Origin: an uncultured Candidatus Saccharibacteria bacterium
GTDB lineage: Bacteria > Patescibacteriota > Doudnabacteria > UBA920
Reading direction: 5' to 3'
DNA length: 64,000 bases
Assembly: GCA_964600695.1 (NCBI GenBank)
Contig: CAZRKK010000002.1
Span: 5,354 to 69,353 of the forward strand
In this document: positions 9,624-17,385 of the stretch, piece by piece
Layout: every line of letters begins with the position of its first letter
How positions within the stretch are numbered: position 1 is the first letter of the stretch
Position numbers and translations under genes: made by a program
Notes under the pieces: model-generated
Databases searched by the model: none
Told to the model about the DNA's origin: nothing
Seen by the model: the letters and a program-made list of their open reading frames with translations, nothing else

Positions 9624-10016
9624 ATGTACACAGATCCAATTTCAGACATGTTAACAAGAATCCGAAACGCGCTTGGGGCTTCCAAGCAGGATTTAGTTAT
9701 GCCTTACTCTAAGTTTAAACACAGCTTGGCTCAGGTTCTTTTAGAAGAAGGCTTTATTGCTGGCGTTAATGAACTTCCAGGTCGCATCAAGATGCTTCAA
9801 ATTAATTTAAAATATGATCAAACCGGTAATCCAGTAATCTCAGGTGTTAAGCGTGTTAGCACCCCAGGTCAAAGAATTTATATGCCTGTGACTAAAATTC
9901 CTCGTACTAATGGTGGATTTGGAATCACAATCGTATCAACTTCTAAAGGCTTAGTTACAGATAAGCGCGCACGTAAGGATCGTATTGGTGGAGAAGTAAT
10001 TTGCCAAGTCTGGTAA
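9624..10016 (+). CDS. rpsH: 30S ribosomal protein S8
   Basis: DPISDMLTRIRNA...GGEVICQVW. Confidence 0.97.
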   Translation: MYTDPISDMLTRIRNALGASKQDLVMPYSKFKHSLAQVLLEEGFIAGVNELPGRIKMLQINLKYDQTGNPVISGVKRVSTPGQRIYMPVTKIPRTNGGFGITIVSTSKGLVTDKRARKDRIGGEVICQVW

Positions 10017-10034
10017 TTTTTAAAGAATAAATAT

Positions 10035-10616
10035 ATGAGCAGAATAGGAAAAAAACCAGTAATCTTAACTCAAGGCATCACCGCTGAGCTTAAGGATAAG
10101 CACCTCACTATCAAAGGTAGTAAAGGTACTTTAGAGTTGGATATTCACCCAAAAGTTTTAGTTGAAGTAAAAGATGGGGAAATCACTGTTGATGTTGCCA
10201 AGAAGGAAGACAAGCGCGAAAAAGCTCTTTGGGGCCTGTCTCGAGCTTTGGTACAGAATATGGTAGATGGATTAACAACTGGTTTTTCTAAGCAGTTAGA
10301 TATTGTTGGAGTTGGTTTTAAAGCAGAAATGCGTGGTCAAACTTTAGTTCTGAACTTAGGTTTTTCTCATGCTATTGATTTTGAAATTCCTGCCGGAATC
10401 GAAGTTAAAGTAGAAAAAGATCCTTCTAAAGTAACTATTGCTCAGTATCAAACAACTGTATCTCTTTCTGGAATCGATAAGCATTTAGTTGGTCAAGTTG
10501 CTGCTAATATCCGTGAGCTTAAAAAGCCAGAACCTTACAAAGGTAAAGGGATTCGTTATAGCGATGAAAATATCTTGCGTAAGGCAGGTAAGGTTGTTAA
10601 AGCAGTAGGAAAGTAA
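10035..10616 (+). CDS. rplF: 50S ribosomal protein L6
   Basis: MSRIGKKPV...two-domain L6 pattern...PEPYKGKGIRY. Confidence 0.96.
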   Translation: MSRIGKKPVILTQGITAELKDKHLTIKGSKGTLELDIHPKVLVEVKDGEITVDVAKKEDKREKALWGLSRALVQNMVDGLTTGFSKQLDIVGVGFKAEMRGQTLVLNLGFSHAIDFEIPAGIEVKVEKDPSKVTIAQYQTTVSLSGIDKHLVGQVAANIRELKKPEPYKGKGIRYSDENILRKAGKVVKAVGK

Positions 10617-10638
10617 CCTCTAATAGAGAAATAATTAT

Positions 10639-10992
10639 ATGAACAAACAAGAGCATAAAATTTTAAAGCACAAATTACGTAAGGGTCGTGTTCGAAGCCG
10701 CGTCAGCGGTACCGAAGCGAGACCTCGTTTAAGCGTGTTTCGTTCTAATTCTCAAATCTACGCTCAAGTAATAGATGATATTTCTGGTAAGACTGTAGCT
10801 GCTACTTCTAGCATCAATATCAAATCAGCAGGTAAGAAAGTTGATCAAGCCACAGCTGTTGGTAAAGAAATTGCTGCTAAGGCAATCGCCAAAGGTGTTA
10901 AAGCAGTAGTGTTCGATAGAGGCGGTTATAAGTATCATGGTCGTGTAAAAGCATTAGCAGAAAGCGCTCGTGAAGCTGGGTTACAATTCTAA
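10639..10992 (+). CDS. rplR: 50S ribosomal protein L18
   Basis: [20 protein letters not shown]...[26 protein letters not shown]. Confidence 0.96.
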   Translation: MNKQEHKILKHKLRKGRVRSRVSGTEARPRLSVFRSNSQIYAQVIDDISGKTVAATSSINIKSAGKKVDQATAVGKEIAAKAIAKGVKAVVFDRGGYKYHGRVKALAESAREAGLQF

Positions 10993-11005
10993 CTAATTTA
11001 AATAT

Positions 11006-11509
11006 ATGGAAAAAAGAACTCGTAGAAACAATTCAAGAGACGGCGGAGAAGCCCGTGAATTCGACCAAAAAGTGGTTGAGATTAAGCGTGTAACCCGTGT
11101 AGTTGCTGGTGGAAAACGTATGCGTTTTCGTGCACTTGTTGTAATTGGTGACCACAAAGGTAAAATCGGTATCGGTTTAAAGAAGGGGATGGATGTAACC
11201 GAAGCTGTAAACAAAGCTGTTAATGCTGCAAAGAAAAGCATGATCGTAGTACCAATTGTTAACGATACAGTTCCTCATCAAGTTAACATTAAGTATAAGT
11301 CTAGTAAGTTGTTAATGATGCCTGCTCGTCCTGGTACTGGTGTAATTGCTGGTGGTGCAGTTCGTAGCGTACTCGACCTTGCTGGTGTTAAGAATGTAAT
11401 CAGTAAAATGATTGGTTCTAACAACAAAACTAATAATGTCCGAGCCGCTTTCGAAGCTTTTAAAATGATGCGTAGTAAAGAAGAAATTTTAAAGAGCCGC
11501 GCAAAATAG
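11006..11509 (+). CDS. rpsE: 30S ribosomal protein S5
   Basis: VVEIKRVTRVVAGGKRMRFRALVVIGD.KG.IG.G.GK...V..A..KA motifs. Confidence 0.96.
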   Translation: MEKRTRRNNSRDGGEAREFDQKVVEIKRVTRVVAGGKRMRFRALVVIGDHKGKIGIGLKKGMDVTEAVNKAVNAAKKSMIVVPIVNDTVPHQVNIKYKSSKLLMMPARPGTGVIAGGAVRSVLDLAGVKNVISKMIGSNNKTNNVRAAFEAFKMMRSKEEILKSRAK

Positions 11510-11536
11510 TTCTCAGTTAAATTTAATTTCAATTAT

Positions 11537-11971
11537 ATGATCAAACTTCATCAATTAAAACGTCATCCAAAAGCTACAAAGCGCCGCAAAGTTGTCGGTC
11601 GTGGTATTGGTAGTGGTCACGGTACTTACTCTACTCGTGGTGCTAAGGGACAAAAGTCTCGTACAGGTCACTCTAAGTCTCCGGCACGTTTTGAAGGTGG
11701 TCGCCAACCATTGATTCGTCAAATTGGTAAACTTCGTGGATTCAAGAGCTTAGCTCCGAATGCATTTGCAGTTAAGTTGGATTTGTTAAACTCATTACCT
11801 GATGGTACAGAGGTTACATTAAATAGCTTAAAGGCACACGGCATCATTGATACTGGTGTTAAGAAGGTAAAGATTCTAAAAGGCGAACTTAAGCGAAAGC
11901 TAGTGGTTGCTGTTCCTGTTTCTGCTACTGCTAAGGCTTCTATTGAAGCTGCAGGCGGTAGTATCAAATAA
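11537..11971 (+). CDS. rplO: 50S ribosomal protein L15
   Basis: LKRHPKATKRRKVVGRGIGSGHGTYSTRGAKGQKSR. It starts 27 nt after rpsE, with no rpmD between them. Confidence 0.96.
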   Translation: MIKLHQLKRHPKATKRRKVVGRGIGSGHGTYSTRGAKGQKSRTGHSKSPARFEGGRQPLIRQIGKLRGFKSLAPNAFAVKLDLLNSLPDGTEVTLNSLKAHGIIDTGVKKVKILKGELKRKLVVAVPVSATAKASIEAAGGSIK

Positions 11972-11981
11972 ACTTATTAAG

Positions 11982-12095
11982 AGCCTATGGCAATTATTAA
12001 TTCCTGTCGCTAAACTGCTACGTCTGCTAAAAATTTCTTCGAAACTTTTGCATACTGGGCAGTGATGCTCCTTGAATCAACAATTGCCATAGGCT
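11982..12095 (+). other. 114-nt element closed by a perfect 14-bp long-range inverted repeat (candidate structured RNA)
   Basis: agcctatggcaatt (11982-11995) is the exact reverse complement of aattgccataggct (12082-12095). An internal hairpin lies within gcatactgggcagtgatgc. Confidence 0.5.
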
Positions 12096-12106
12096 TTAAA
12101 GTTTAA

Positions 12107-12136
12107 TTAGACCTGATTTGAGGATTAAAGTATAAT
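12107..12136 (+). promoter_or_regulatory. possible secY promoter
   Basis: TTAGAC (12107-12112), 18-nt spacer, TATAAT (12131-12136), 6 nt before the secY ATG region. Weak -35. Confidence 0.3.
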
Positions 12137-12142
12137 ACAAAT

Positions 12143-13420
12143 ATGAATAAATTAAGCTTAATTTGGAAAACTAAAGATTTGCGTTGGAAGATCTTCATGG
12201 TCATGATGTTGCTTTTAGTGACTCGTGTTTTGGCTCATGTCCCAATTCCTGGGATTAGCGTCACTGGCTTGAAGGCTTTCTTCGAAAGCAATCAATTTTT
12301 AAACTTATTGAACGTTTTTTCTGGTGGTGGACTAAGTAACTTTTCTATCGCTATGCTTGGTGTTGGACCATACATCACAGCATCTATTATTATGCAGTTG
12401 TTGGTCATGATTGTTCCTTCACTTACAGAACTACAGAAAGAAAGTGGAGAAGCTGGTCGAGTTAAAATCAACCAGTACACTCGTTTTTTGACTTTGCCAT
12501 TAGCAGTTTTGTCTGGTTTCGGAACTATTCGATTATTACAAAGCCAAGGTGGGGCAGAGTTACTTGGAACTTTCTCTCCTTTCCAGTGGTTCCTAACTTT
12601 GTTAACAGTTACCGCTGGTACAATGTTGGTTATGTGGATCGGTGAAATCATTTCCGAATACGGAATTGGTAATGGTGTATCTTTAGTAATTTTCGCCGGT
12701 ATCGTTTCTCAGTTACCTAAGAGCGTTGGTTCGTTGGTTCAGTTATATGATCCAAGCCAATTACCAACCATTATTGGATTTGCTATTGTCGCTTTGATCG
12801 TTATCGCCAGTGTAGTATTTGTGACTGAAGCTCAGCGCAATGTCCCGGTTACGTATGCAAAGCGGGTGAGTGGAGATAAACAAGTTGGTGGAGTTAACTC
12901 ATTCTTACCGTTACGTCTTAACCAAGCAGGTGTTATTCCAATCATCTTCGCAATTTCATTATTGTTGTTCCCAGCGATTATTGCTCAGTTCTTCTTAAAT
13001 GCCAAGACTCCTTTGATTGCTGAATATGCCCAAAAAGCTATTGATTTTACAAATAATCAAGGCGTTTGGTATGGCGTATCTTACTTCCTATTAGTTGTTA
13101 TATTCACTTATTTCTACACTAATATTGTTGTAAATCCAGATGAAGTTTCCGAAAACATGCAACGCAGTGGTGGCTTTGTTCCTGGTATTCGCCCCGGGAA
13201 GCAGACTGCTGATTACTTATACAAAGTTTTGAACCGCATCACTTTGCCTGGATCCTTATTCCTTGGTTTAATCGCTATCCTGCCTTTCATCTTACAAACA
13301 TGGACAGGAACCCGAGCATTAACATTTGGTGGTACTGGATTGCTGATTGTAGTAGCGGTAGTAATTGAAAGTATCAAGCAAGTCGAGGCTCAGCTAACTA
13401 TGCACGACTATCAAAAATAA
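12143..13420 (+). CDS. secY: preprotein translocase subunit SecY
   Basis: 425-aa 10-TM protein with SecY motifs (GISVTGLKAFF, GVGPYITASIIMQLL, NGVSLVIFAGI), after rplO. Confidence 0.96.
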   Translation: MNKLSLIWKTKDLRWKIFMVMMLLLVTRVLAHVPIPGISVTGLKAFFESNQFLNLLNVFSGGGLSNFSIAMLGVGPYITASIIMQLLVMIVPSLTELQKESGEAGRVKINQYTRFLTLPLAVLSGFGTIRLLQSQGGAELLGTFSPFQWFLTLLTVTAGTMLVMWIGEIISEYGIGNGVSLVIFAGIVSQLPKSVGSLVQLYDPSQLPTIIGFAIVALIVIASVVFVTEAQRNVPVTYAKRVSGDKQVGGVNSFLPLRLNQAGVIPIIFAISLLLFPAIIAQFFLNAKTPLIAEYAQKAIDFTNNQGVWYGVSYFLLVVIFTYFYTNIVVNPDEVSENMQRSGGFVPGIRPGKQTADYLYKVLNRITLPGSLFLGLIAILPFILQTWTGTRALTFGGTGLLIVVAVVIESIKQVEAQLTMHDYQK

Positions 13421-13426
13421 ATTATT

Positions 13427-13458
13427 AACTCCCTCTAGTAATTAGGGGGAGTTTTTTT
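13427..13458 (+). terminator. rho-independent terminator after secY
   Basis: aactccctc (13427-13435) pairs with gggggagtt (13445-13453), one G-U pair, followed by a T7 run. Confidence 0.75.
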
Positions 13459-13481
13459 ATTGGTATTTATTAGGAGTTTTG

Positions 13482-13490
13482 TGGTATAAT
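13482..13490 (+). promoter_or_regulatory. extended -10 promoter (TGgTATAAT)
   Basis: Exact TGGTATAAT, ending 9 nt before the ATG at 13500. Confidence 0.55.
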
Positions 13491-13499
13491 ATTCATATT

Positions 13500-13874
13500 A
13501 TGGCAGAAGAAATAAGAAAAATTCCTGGATTCGAATCAGAGCAATCTGCGGAACCAAATAGCAACGAGTCCCCAGAATCAGAACAGACTGAATCTCTAGA
13601 AGCATCGTCTTCGGAAACTCTGAGTGATAATAACTTAGACCAGCAGGATTTGAACGAGACACCAATTGAAGAAGAAGTCGATACATCTAACTTATCGATC
13701 GAATCAGCTTTAGAGCCCAAATCAGGAGTGACTGCTTCTGATTCTATTGCTTCCGAAAGTAACGATGAAGTTCTTTCTGAAAGATTGTTAGCCGACAGTA
13801 AAGAATTAGAGACTGCCACCGAAGCCCGTAAACTTTTAAATGATATCTTAGGCACAACCGAAACTAAAAACTAG
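13500..13874 (+). CDS. acidic S/E/D-rich, probably disordered protein
   Basis: 124 aa from the ATG at 13500. The TTG at 13479 in the ORF track overlaps the promoter. Low-complexity acidic composition, no family recognised. Confidence 0.5.
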   Translation: MAEEIRKIPGFESEQSAEPNSNESPESEQTESLEASSSETLSDNNLDQQDLNETPIEEEVDTSNLSIESALEPKSGVTASDSIASESNDEVLSERLLADSKELETATEARKLLNDILGTTETKN

Positions 13875-13909
13875 GTTTGTAAAATAAAAGCAAAAAATAA
13901 AAATTATCA

Positions 13910-16468
13910 ATGCCTTTTGGATTTGAACTCAATACTGTAATTTATGCATCACTACTACTAGGAATTTTAGTAGTAGTGTTTTTGCTTGTCGCTGCTTATT
14001 ATATTCACAGGCATTGGTATTACAGTCATGTCATTTTACCCCGCACTAAAGAGTGGGTGTTTTTGGAAATTCAAATGCCAAAAGACAACAGCGAGGATAA
14101 AGAAAAATATCAACGCGATGAAGAAAAAAAATTACTAATTGGTATTGCCGAGCAATTATTCACAACTTTATCAGGAATTAGTCACACTAATTGGTTTTGG
14201 CAACCTAAAGAATATATAAGTTTTGAAATTGCGTGTACAGACAAAAAGATTTCCTTTTATATCAATTGTCCGCGTAAGCTTCAGGAGCTAATAGAAAAAC
14301 AAGTTCAAGCTCAGTACCCTCACGCTTTTATCGAGGAGATTAAAGGCTATAATCCCTTTCCAGAAACTGGGGAGATCGAAGCTACCGAGTTAAGATTGAC
14401 CAAGCCTTATATGTATCCTTTTCGTACTTACAAGAGTATGGAAACAGATCCATTGAATGCGTTAACAAACGCTATGTCAAAACTGAGCGATGGTGATGGG
14501 GCGGTTATTCAAATGATTTTGTATCCAGCAGGGGATCACTGGCAGCATCGTCCGCGGCACATGGCTTTAGAAATTCAGCAAGGTAAAAATCCGAACATTG
14601 TTGCCAAGAGTGCGTTTGGAAGATTTGCGCGCGAGGTAGGAAGCACAGCTAAGGATGGTGTCTTAGGTGGAACTCAGTTAAGTAAAGATCAAATGCAACA
14701 ACGTACCGATTTGTCGGGACGTTATTCGGCCATCAACTTAACTCCGATGCAACAAGACATGGTTAAGCGTTTCGAAGAAAAAGCTAGCCGCCCAGGCTTC
14801 TATACCAACATTCGTATTGTCACAGCATCACCAACTCCTGGAACAGCTAAAGTGAATATGCATAATTTAGTGTCTTCATTTTTGCAGTACAACATGCCGC
14901 CGTTTAATGGTTTTAGAGTTAAGCGTCGTGCTAAGAAGCGTATTATTAAAGATTATATTTTTAGAATTTATCGCCGCTACGGACGTAAGTCTATTTTAAA
15001 TACCGAAGAATTAACTAGTATTTGGCATCTTCCGACTCCATTTTTGGAAACACCTAATATTAAATGGTTGTTATCTAAAAAAGCTCCACCACCTATAAAC
15101 TTGCAACCAGAAGGAATATTACTAGGCCGAAATATATATCGTGGGCAGGAGACACCAATTCATATGGCACGTGATGATCGTCGTCGTCACATGTATATTT
15201 TGGGACGTACTGGTGTGGGTAAAACCGAAATCATGAAATACATGTCCGTTCAAGATATCAAGAACGGTGATGGAATTTGTATTATCGATCCTCATGGTGA
15301 TTTTATTGAAGATGTTTTACCTCACATTCCAAAAGAACGAGCCGAAGATGTAATCTTATTTGACCCATTCGATACCGACAGGCCGATGGGTTTGAACATG
15401 CTCGAAGTCACTAGTGAAGGTCAAAAAGATTTTGCTGTTCAAGAAATGATCTCTATCTTTTATAAATTAGTTACAGATCCTGCGATGCTTGGACCTATGT
15501 TCGAGCACAACATGCGTAATGCCATGCTAACCTTAATGGCTGACGAAGAAAATCCTGGAACTATTGTTGAAGTCCCACGTATATTTACGGACACTGAATT
15601 CCAAAAGTATAAAGTCTCTAAATTAAATGATCCTGTGGTAAGAGCATTTTGGGAGAAAGAAATGGCCAAGACTTCCGATTTTCATAAGTCGGAAATGTTA
15701 GGTTACTTAGTTTCTAAAGTAGGCCGCTTTGTAGAAAATTCCATGATGCGAAATATTGTTGGTCAACCAAAGAGTTCTTTTAACTTCCGTGATATCATGG
15801 ATAACAAAAAAATTCTTTTGGTGAATTTAGCAAAGGGTAAAGTAGGGGAGGTGAACGCAAAATTAATTGGCTTAATTTTAGTGAGTAAAATTCAAATGGC
15901 GGCATTGTCCCGTGCAGATATTCCAGAAAGCGAACGCCAAGATTTCTATTTATATGTTGATGAATTCCAAAACTTTATTACCGATGCTTTTTCTTCTATT
16001 TTGAGCGAAGCCCGTAAGTATCGATTGAATTTGATTATTGGTCATCAGTTCTTAGCTCAGTTGGGGCAAGCAGCTGGTGCGCAAGGTGCAGCTAGTAACG
16101 ATTTACGTGATGCTGTGTTTGGTAATGCTGGTAGTATGGTAACTTTCCGTATTGGTGTAGAAGATAGTGAAGTTATGGCAAAGGAGTTTGCACCAACTTT
16201 TAATGAGTTTGATTTATTAAATGTCGATAGATTTAATGCTTTTGTAAAGTTGATGATTAATGGAACAGCCAGCAAACCATTTAACATGGCCACATACCCC
16301 TTAGCTAAACCAACTGAAGATCAAAAGAAGACAGGGGATGCTATTCGACAGTTATCAAGGTTAAAATTTGGTCGTCCACGGGCCGAAGTTGAAGCAGAAA
16401 TCCTAGAAGCCAGCCAAGTTGCTGATATGATGGCGGCTGGTCCAGGGAGTATCGAGAAAACGGTTTAA
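13910..16468 (+). CDS. membrane-anchored P-loop NTPase, TraG/VirD4 (type IV coupling protein)-like, FtsK-HerA superfamily
   Basis: N-terminal TM helix (VIYASLLLGILVVVFLLVAAYYI). Walker A is LGRTGVGKTE and IIDPHGDF follows it. Walker B is FYLYVDEFQNF, then ARKYRLNLIIGHQFLAQL, resembling the TraG-D_C region. Confidence 0.7.
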   Translation: MPFGFELNTVIYASLLLGILVVVFLLVAAYYIHRHWYYSHVILPRTKEWVFLEIQMPKDNSEDKEKYQRDEEKKLLIGIAEQLFTTLSGISHTNWFWQPKEYISFEIACTDKKISFYINCPRKLQELIEKQVQAQYPHAFIEEIKGYNPFPETGEIEATELRLTKPYMYPFRTYKSMETDPLNALTNAMSKLSDGDGAVIQMILYPAGDHWQHRPRHMALEIQQGKNPNIVAKSAFGRFAREVGSTAKDGVLGGTQLSKDQMQQRTDLSGRYSAINLTPMQQDMVKRFEEKASRPGFYTNIRIVTASPTPGTAKVNMHNLVSSFLQYNMPPFNGFRVKRRAKKRIIKDYIFRIYRRYGRKSILNTEELTSIWHLPTPFLETPNIKWLLSKKAPPPINLQPEGILLGRNIYRGQETPIHMARDDRRRHMYILGRTGVGKTEIMKYMSVQDIKNGDGICIIDPHGDFIEDVLPHIPKERAEDVILFDPFDTDRPMGLNMLEVTSEGQKDFAVQEMISIFYKLVTDPAMLGPMFEHNMRNAMLTLMADEENPGTIVEVPRIFTDTEFQKYKVSKLNDPVVRAFWEKEMAKTSDFHKSEMLGYLVSKVGRFVENSMMRNIVGQPKSSFNFRDIMDNKKILLVNLAKGKVGEVNAKLIGLILVSKIQMAALSRADIPESERQDFYLYVDEFQNFITDAFSSILSEARKYRLNLIIGHQFLAQLGQAAGAQGAASNDLRDAVFGNAGSMVTFRIGVEDSEVMAKEFAPTFNEFDLLNVDRFNAFVKLMINGTASKPFNMATYPLAKPTEDQKKTGDAIRQLSRLKFGRPRAEVEAEILEASQVADMMAAGPGSIEKTV

Positions 16469-16509
16469 GTAGCTGTAAGCAGCCATAATTAGTAATAAGT
16501 CAGTGGGTA

Positions 16510-16538
16510 TTGACAAAATCAACTATTTGTGATATTAT
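16510..16538 (+). promoter_or_regulatory. near-consensus sigma70 promoter with extended -10
   Basis: TTGACA (16510-16515), 17-nt spacer, TGaTATTAT (16530-16538). Confidence 0.65.
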
Positions 16539-16593
16539 ATTCGCAGTAGTTTTTTTGTAGTTTAAATCAATTTAGTTGGAGGACTTTGTTAAT

Positions 16594-17064
16594 ATGTATA
16601 AAAACTCGTTGGTCATGAAGATGATCCTAACGTTTGCGGCCTTTAGCGCCGTCGTTGTATTCCTGAACTACGTGGTCGGCATGCCGACTACTAAGCGCAT
16701 GAACTTCGTCTTGATGAGCTATGGTGTTGGTTCGGCCACCATCTTGGCTCTCGCGGCCGTTTTTCCGAGCCGTCTGACATCGGCGCTGTGCCGTCTTGTG
16801 CAGATTGGTTGGGCAGTGGCCATCGTTCTCGGTGGTTTTGCTATGATTATTATCATTGTGGTTGGTTTGGGGCAGTTTAACCTGCCGTTCCTATCGCTAC
16901 AGTGGTATAGCCTGTTCATGGCTTTAGGAATCTTGGGGGCCAGCGTGTTCATGTTTGTCAACGACTCGTATTTTGAAGTCGTTAACGAATATGAAAGCAA
17001 AGCTGGGAAGCCTAAGGTGGTGACACCGCCGGCAAACAGCACTTCGTCGAGCGTTTCGGCATAG
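16594..17064 (+). CDS. 4-TM membrane protein, G+C/CpG-rich coding sequence, no family recognised
   Basis: GGAGGA at 16578-16583, 10 nt before the ATG at 16594, which I prefer over the TTG at 16576. Four hydrophobic helices. Codon usage differs from neighbouring genes. Confidence 0.6.
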   Translation: MYKNSLVMKMILTFAAFSAVVVFLNYVVGMPTTKRMNFVLMSYGVGSATILALAAVFPSRLTSALCRLVQIGWAVAIVLGGFAMIIIIVVGLGQFNLPFLSLQWYSLFMALGILGASVFMFVNDSYFEVVNEYESKAGKPKVVTPPANSTSSSVSA

Positions 17065-17091
17065 AAACTCCGCACAAGGGTTAGAAGTATT

Positions 17092-17128
17092 GGGTAAGAG
17101 CGAAAATATTCGCTTTTACCCTTTTTTT
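17092..17128 (+). terminator. rho-independent terminator
   Basis: 11-bp stem gggtaagagcg (17092-17102) / cgcttttaccc (17111-17121) with one G-U pair, then T7. Confidence 0.8.
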
Positions 17129-17169
17129 ATTGCCTAAAATTGCCATTTTAAAATTTCTGTTATCAGCTA

Positions 17170-17198
17170 TTGACAAAACATCAAAAATAGTGTATACT
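17170..17198 (+). promoter_or_regulatory. near-consensus sigma70 promoter
   Basis: TTGACA (17170-17175), 17-nt spacer, TATACT (17193-17198). It shares the tattgacaaaa context with the promoter at 16510. Confidence 0.65.
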
Positions 17199-17233
17199 GT
17201 TACTTAAACTAAATATTGGTTAGAAAGTGAATT

Positions 17234-17346
17234 ACCTTCAGAAATTCAGATTTATCGAGATATGGTTTTCTGAAGGTCATGCACGTGTATGACTGTTGTA
17301 GCGCTGTAAATAAAAAAACAGCATTGTAACGGTCAATCACATGACC
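17234..17346 (+). ncRNA. structured 5' leader (four consecutive hairpins), candidate cis-regulatory RNA
   Basis: P1 17234-17277 has an 11-bp stem. P2 17276-17293 is a near-palindrome. P3 17295-17330 has a 13-bp stem with G-U pairs that work only on the + strand. P4 is 17331-17346. Confidence 0.4.
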
Positions 17347-17385
17347 AAGTTTTCAAAAACAGCCTAAGGAGGGCTAATCAATACT

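Noticed and set aside
11982-12095. The 14-bp terminal inverted repeats were considered as a MITE or IS remnant.
   Set aside because: There is no clear target-site duplication (flanks ttaag / tttaa do not match exactly). No second full copy occurs in the window; only a 9-nt chance-level match aattgccat at about 17138. No transposase was found. It is kept as a structured element of unknown nature.
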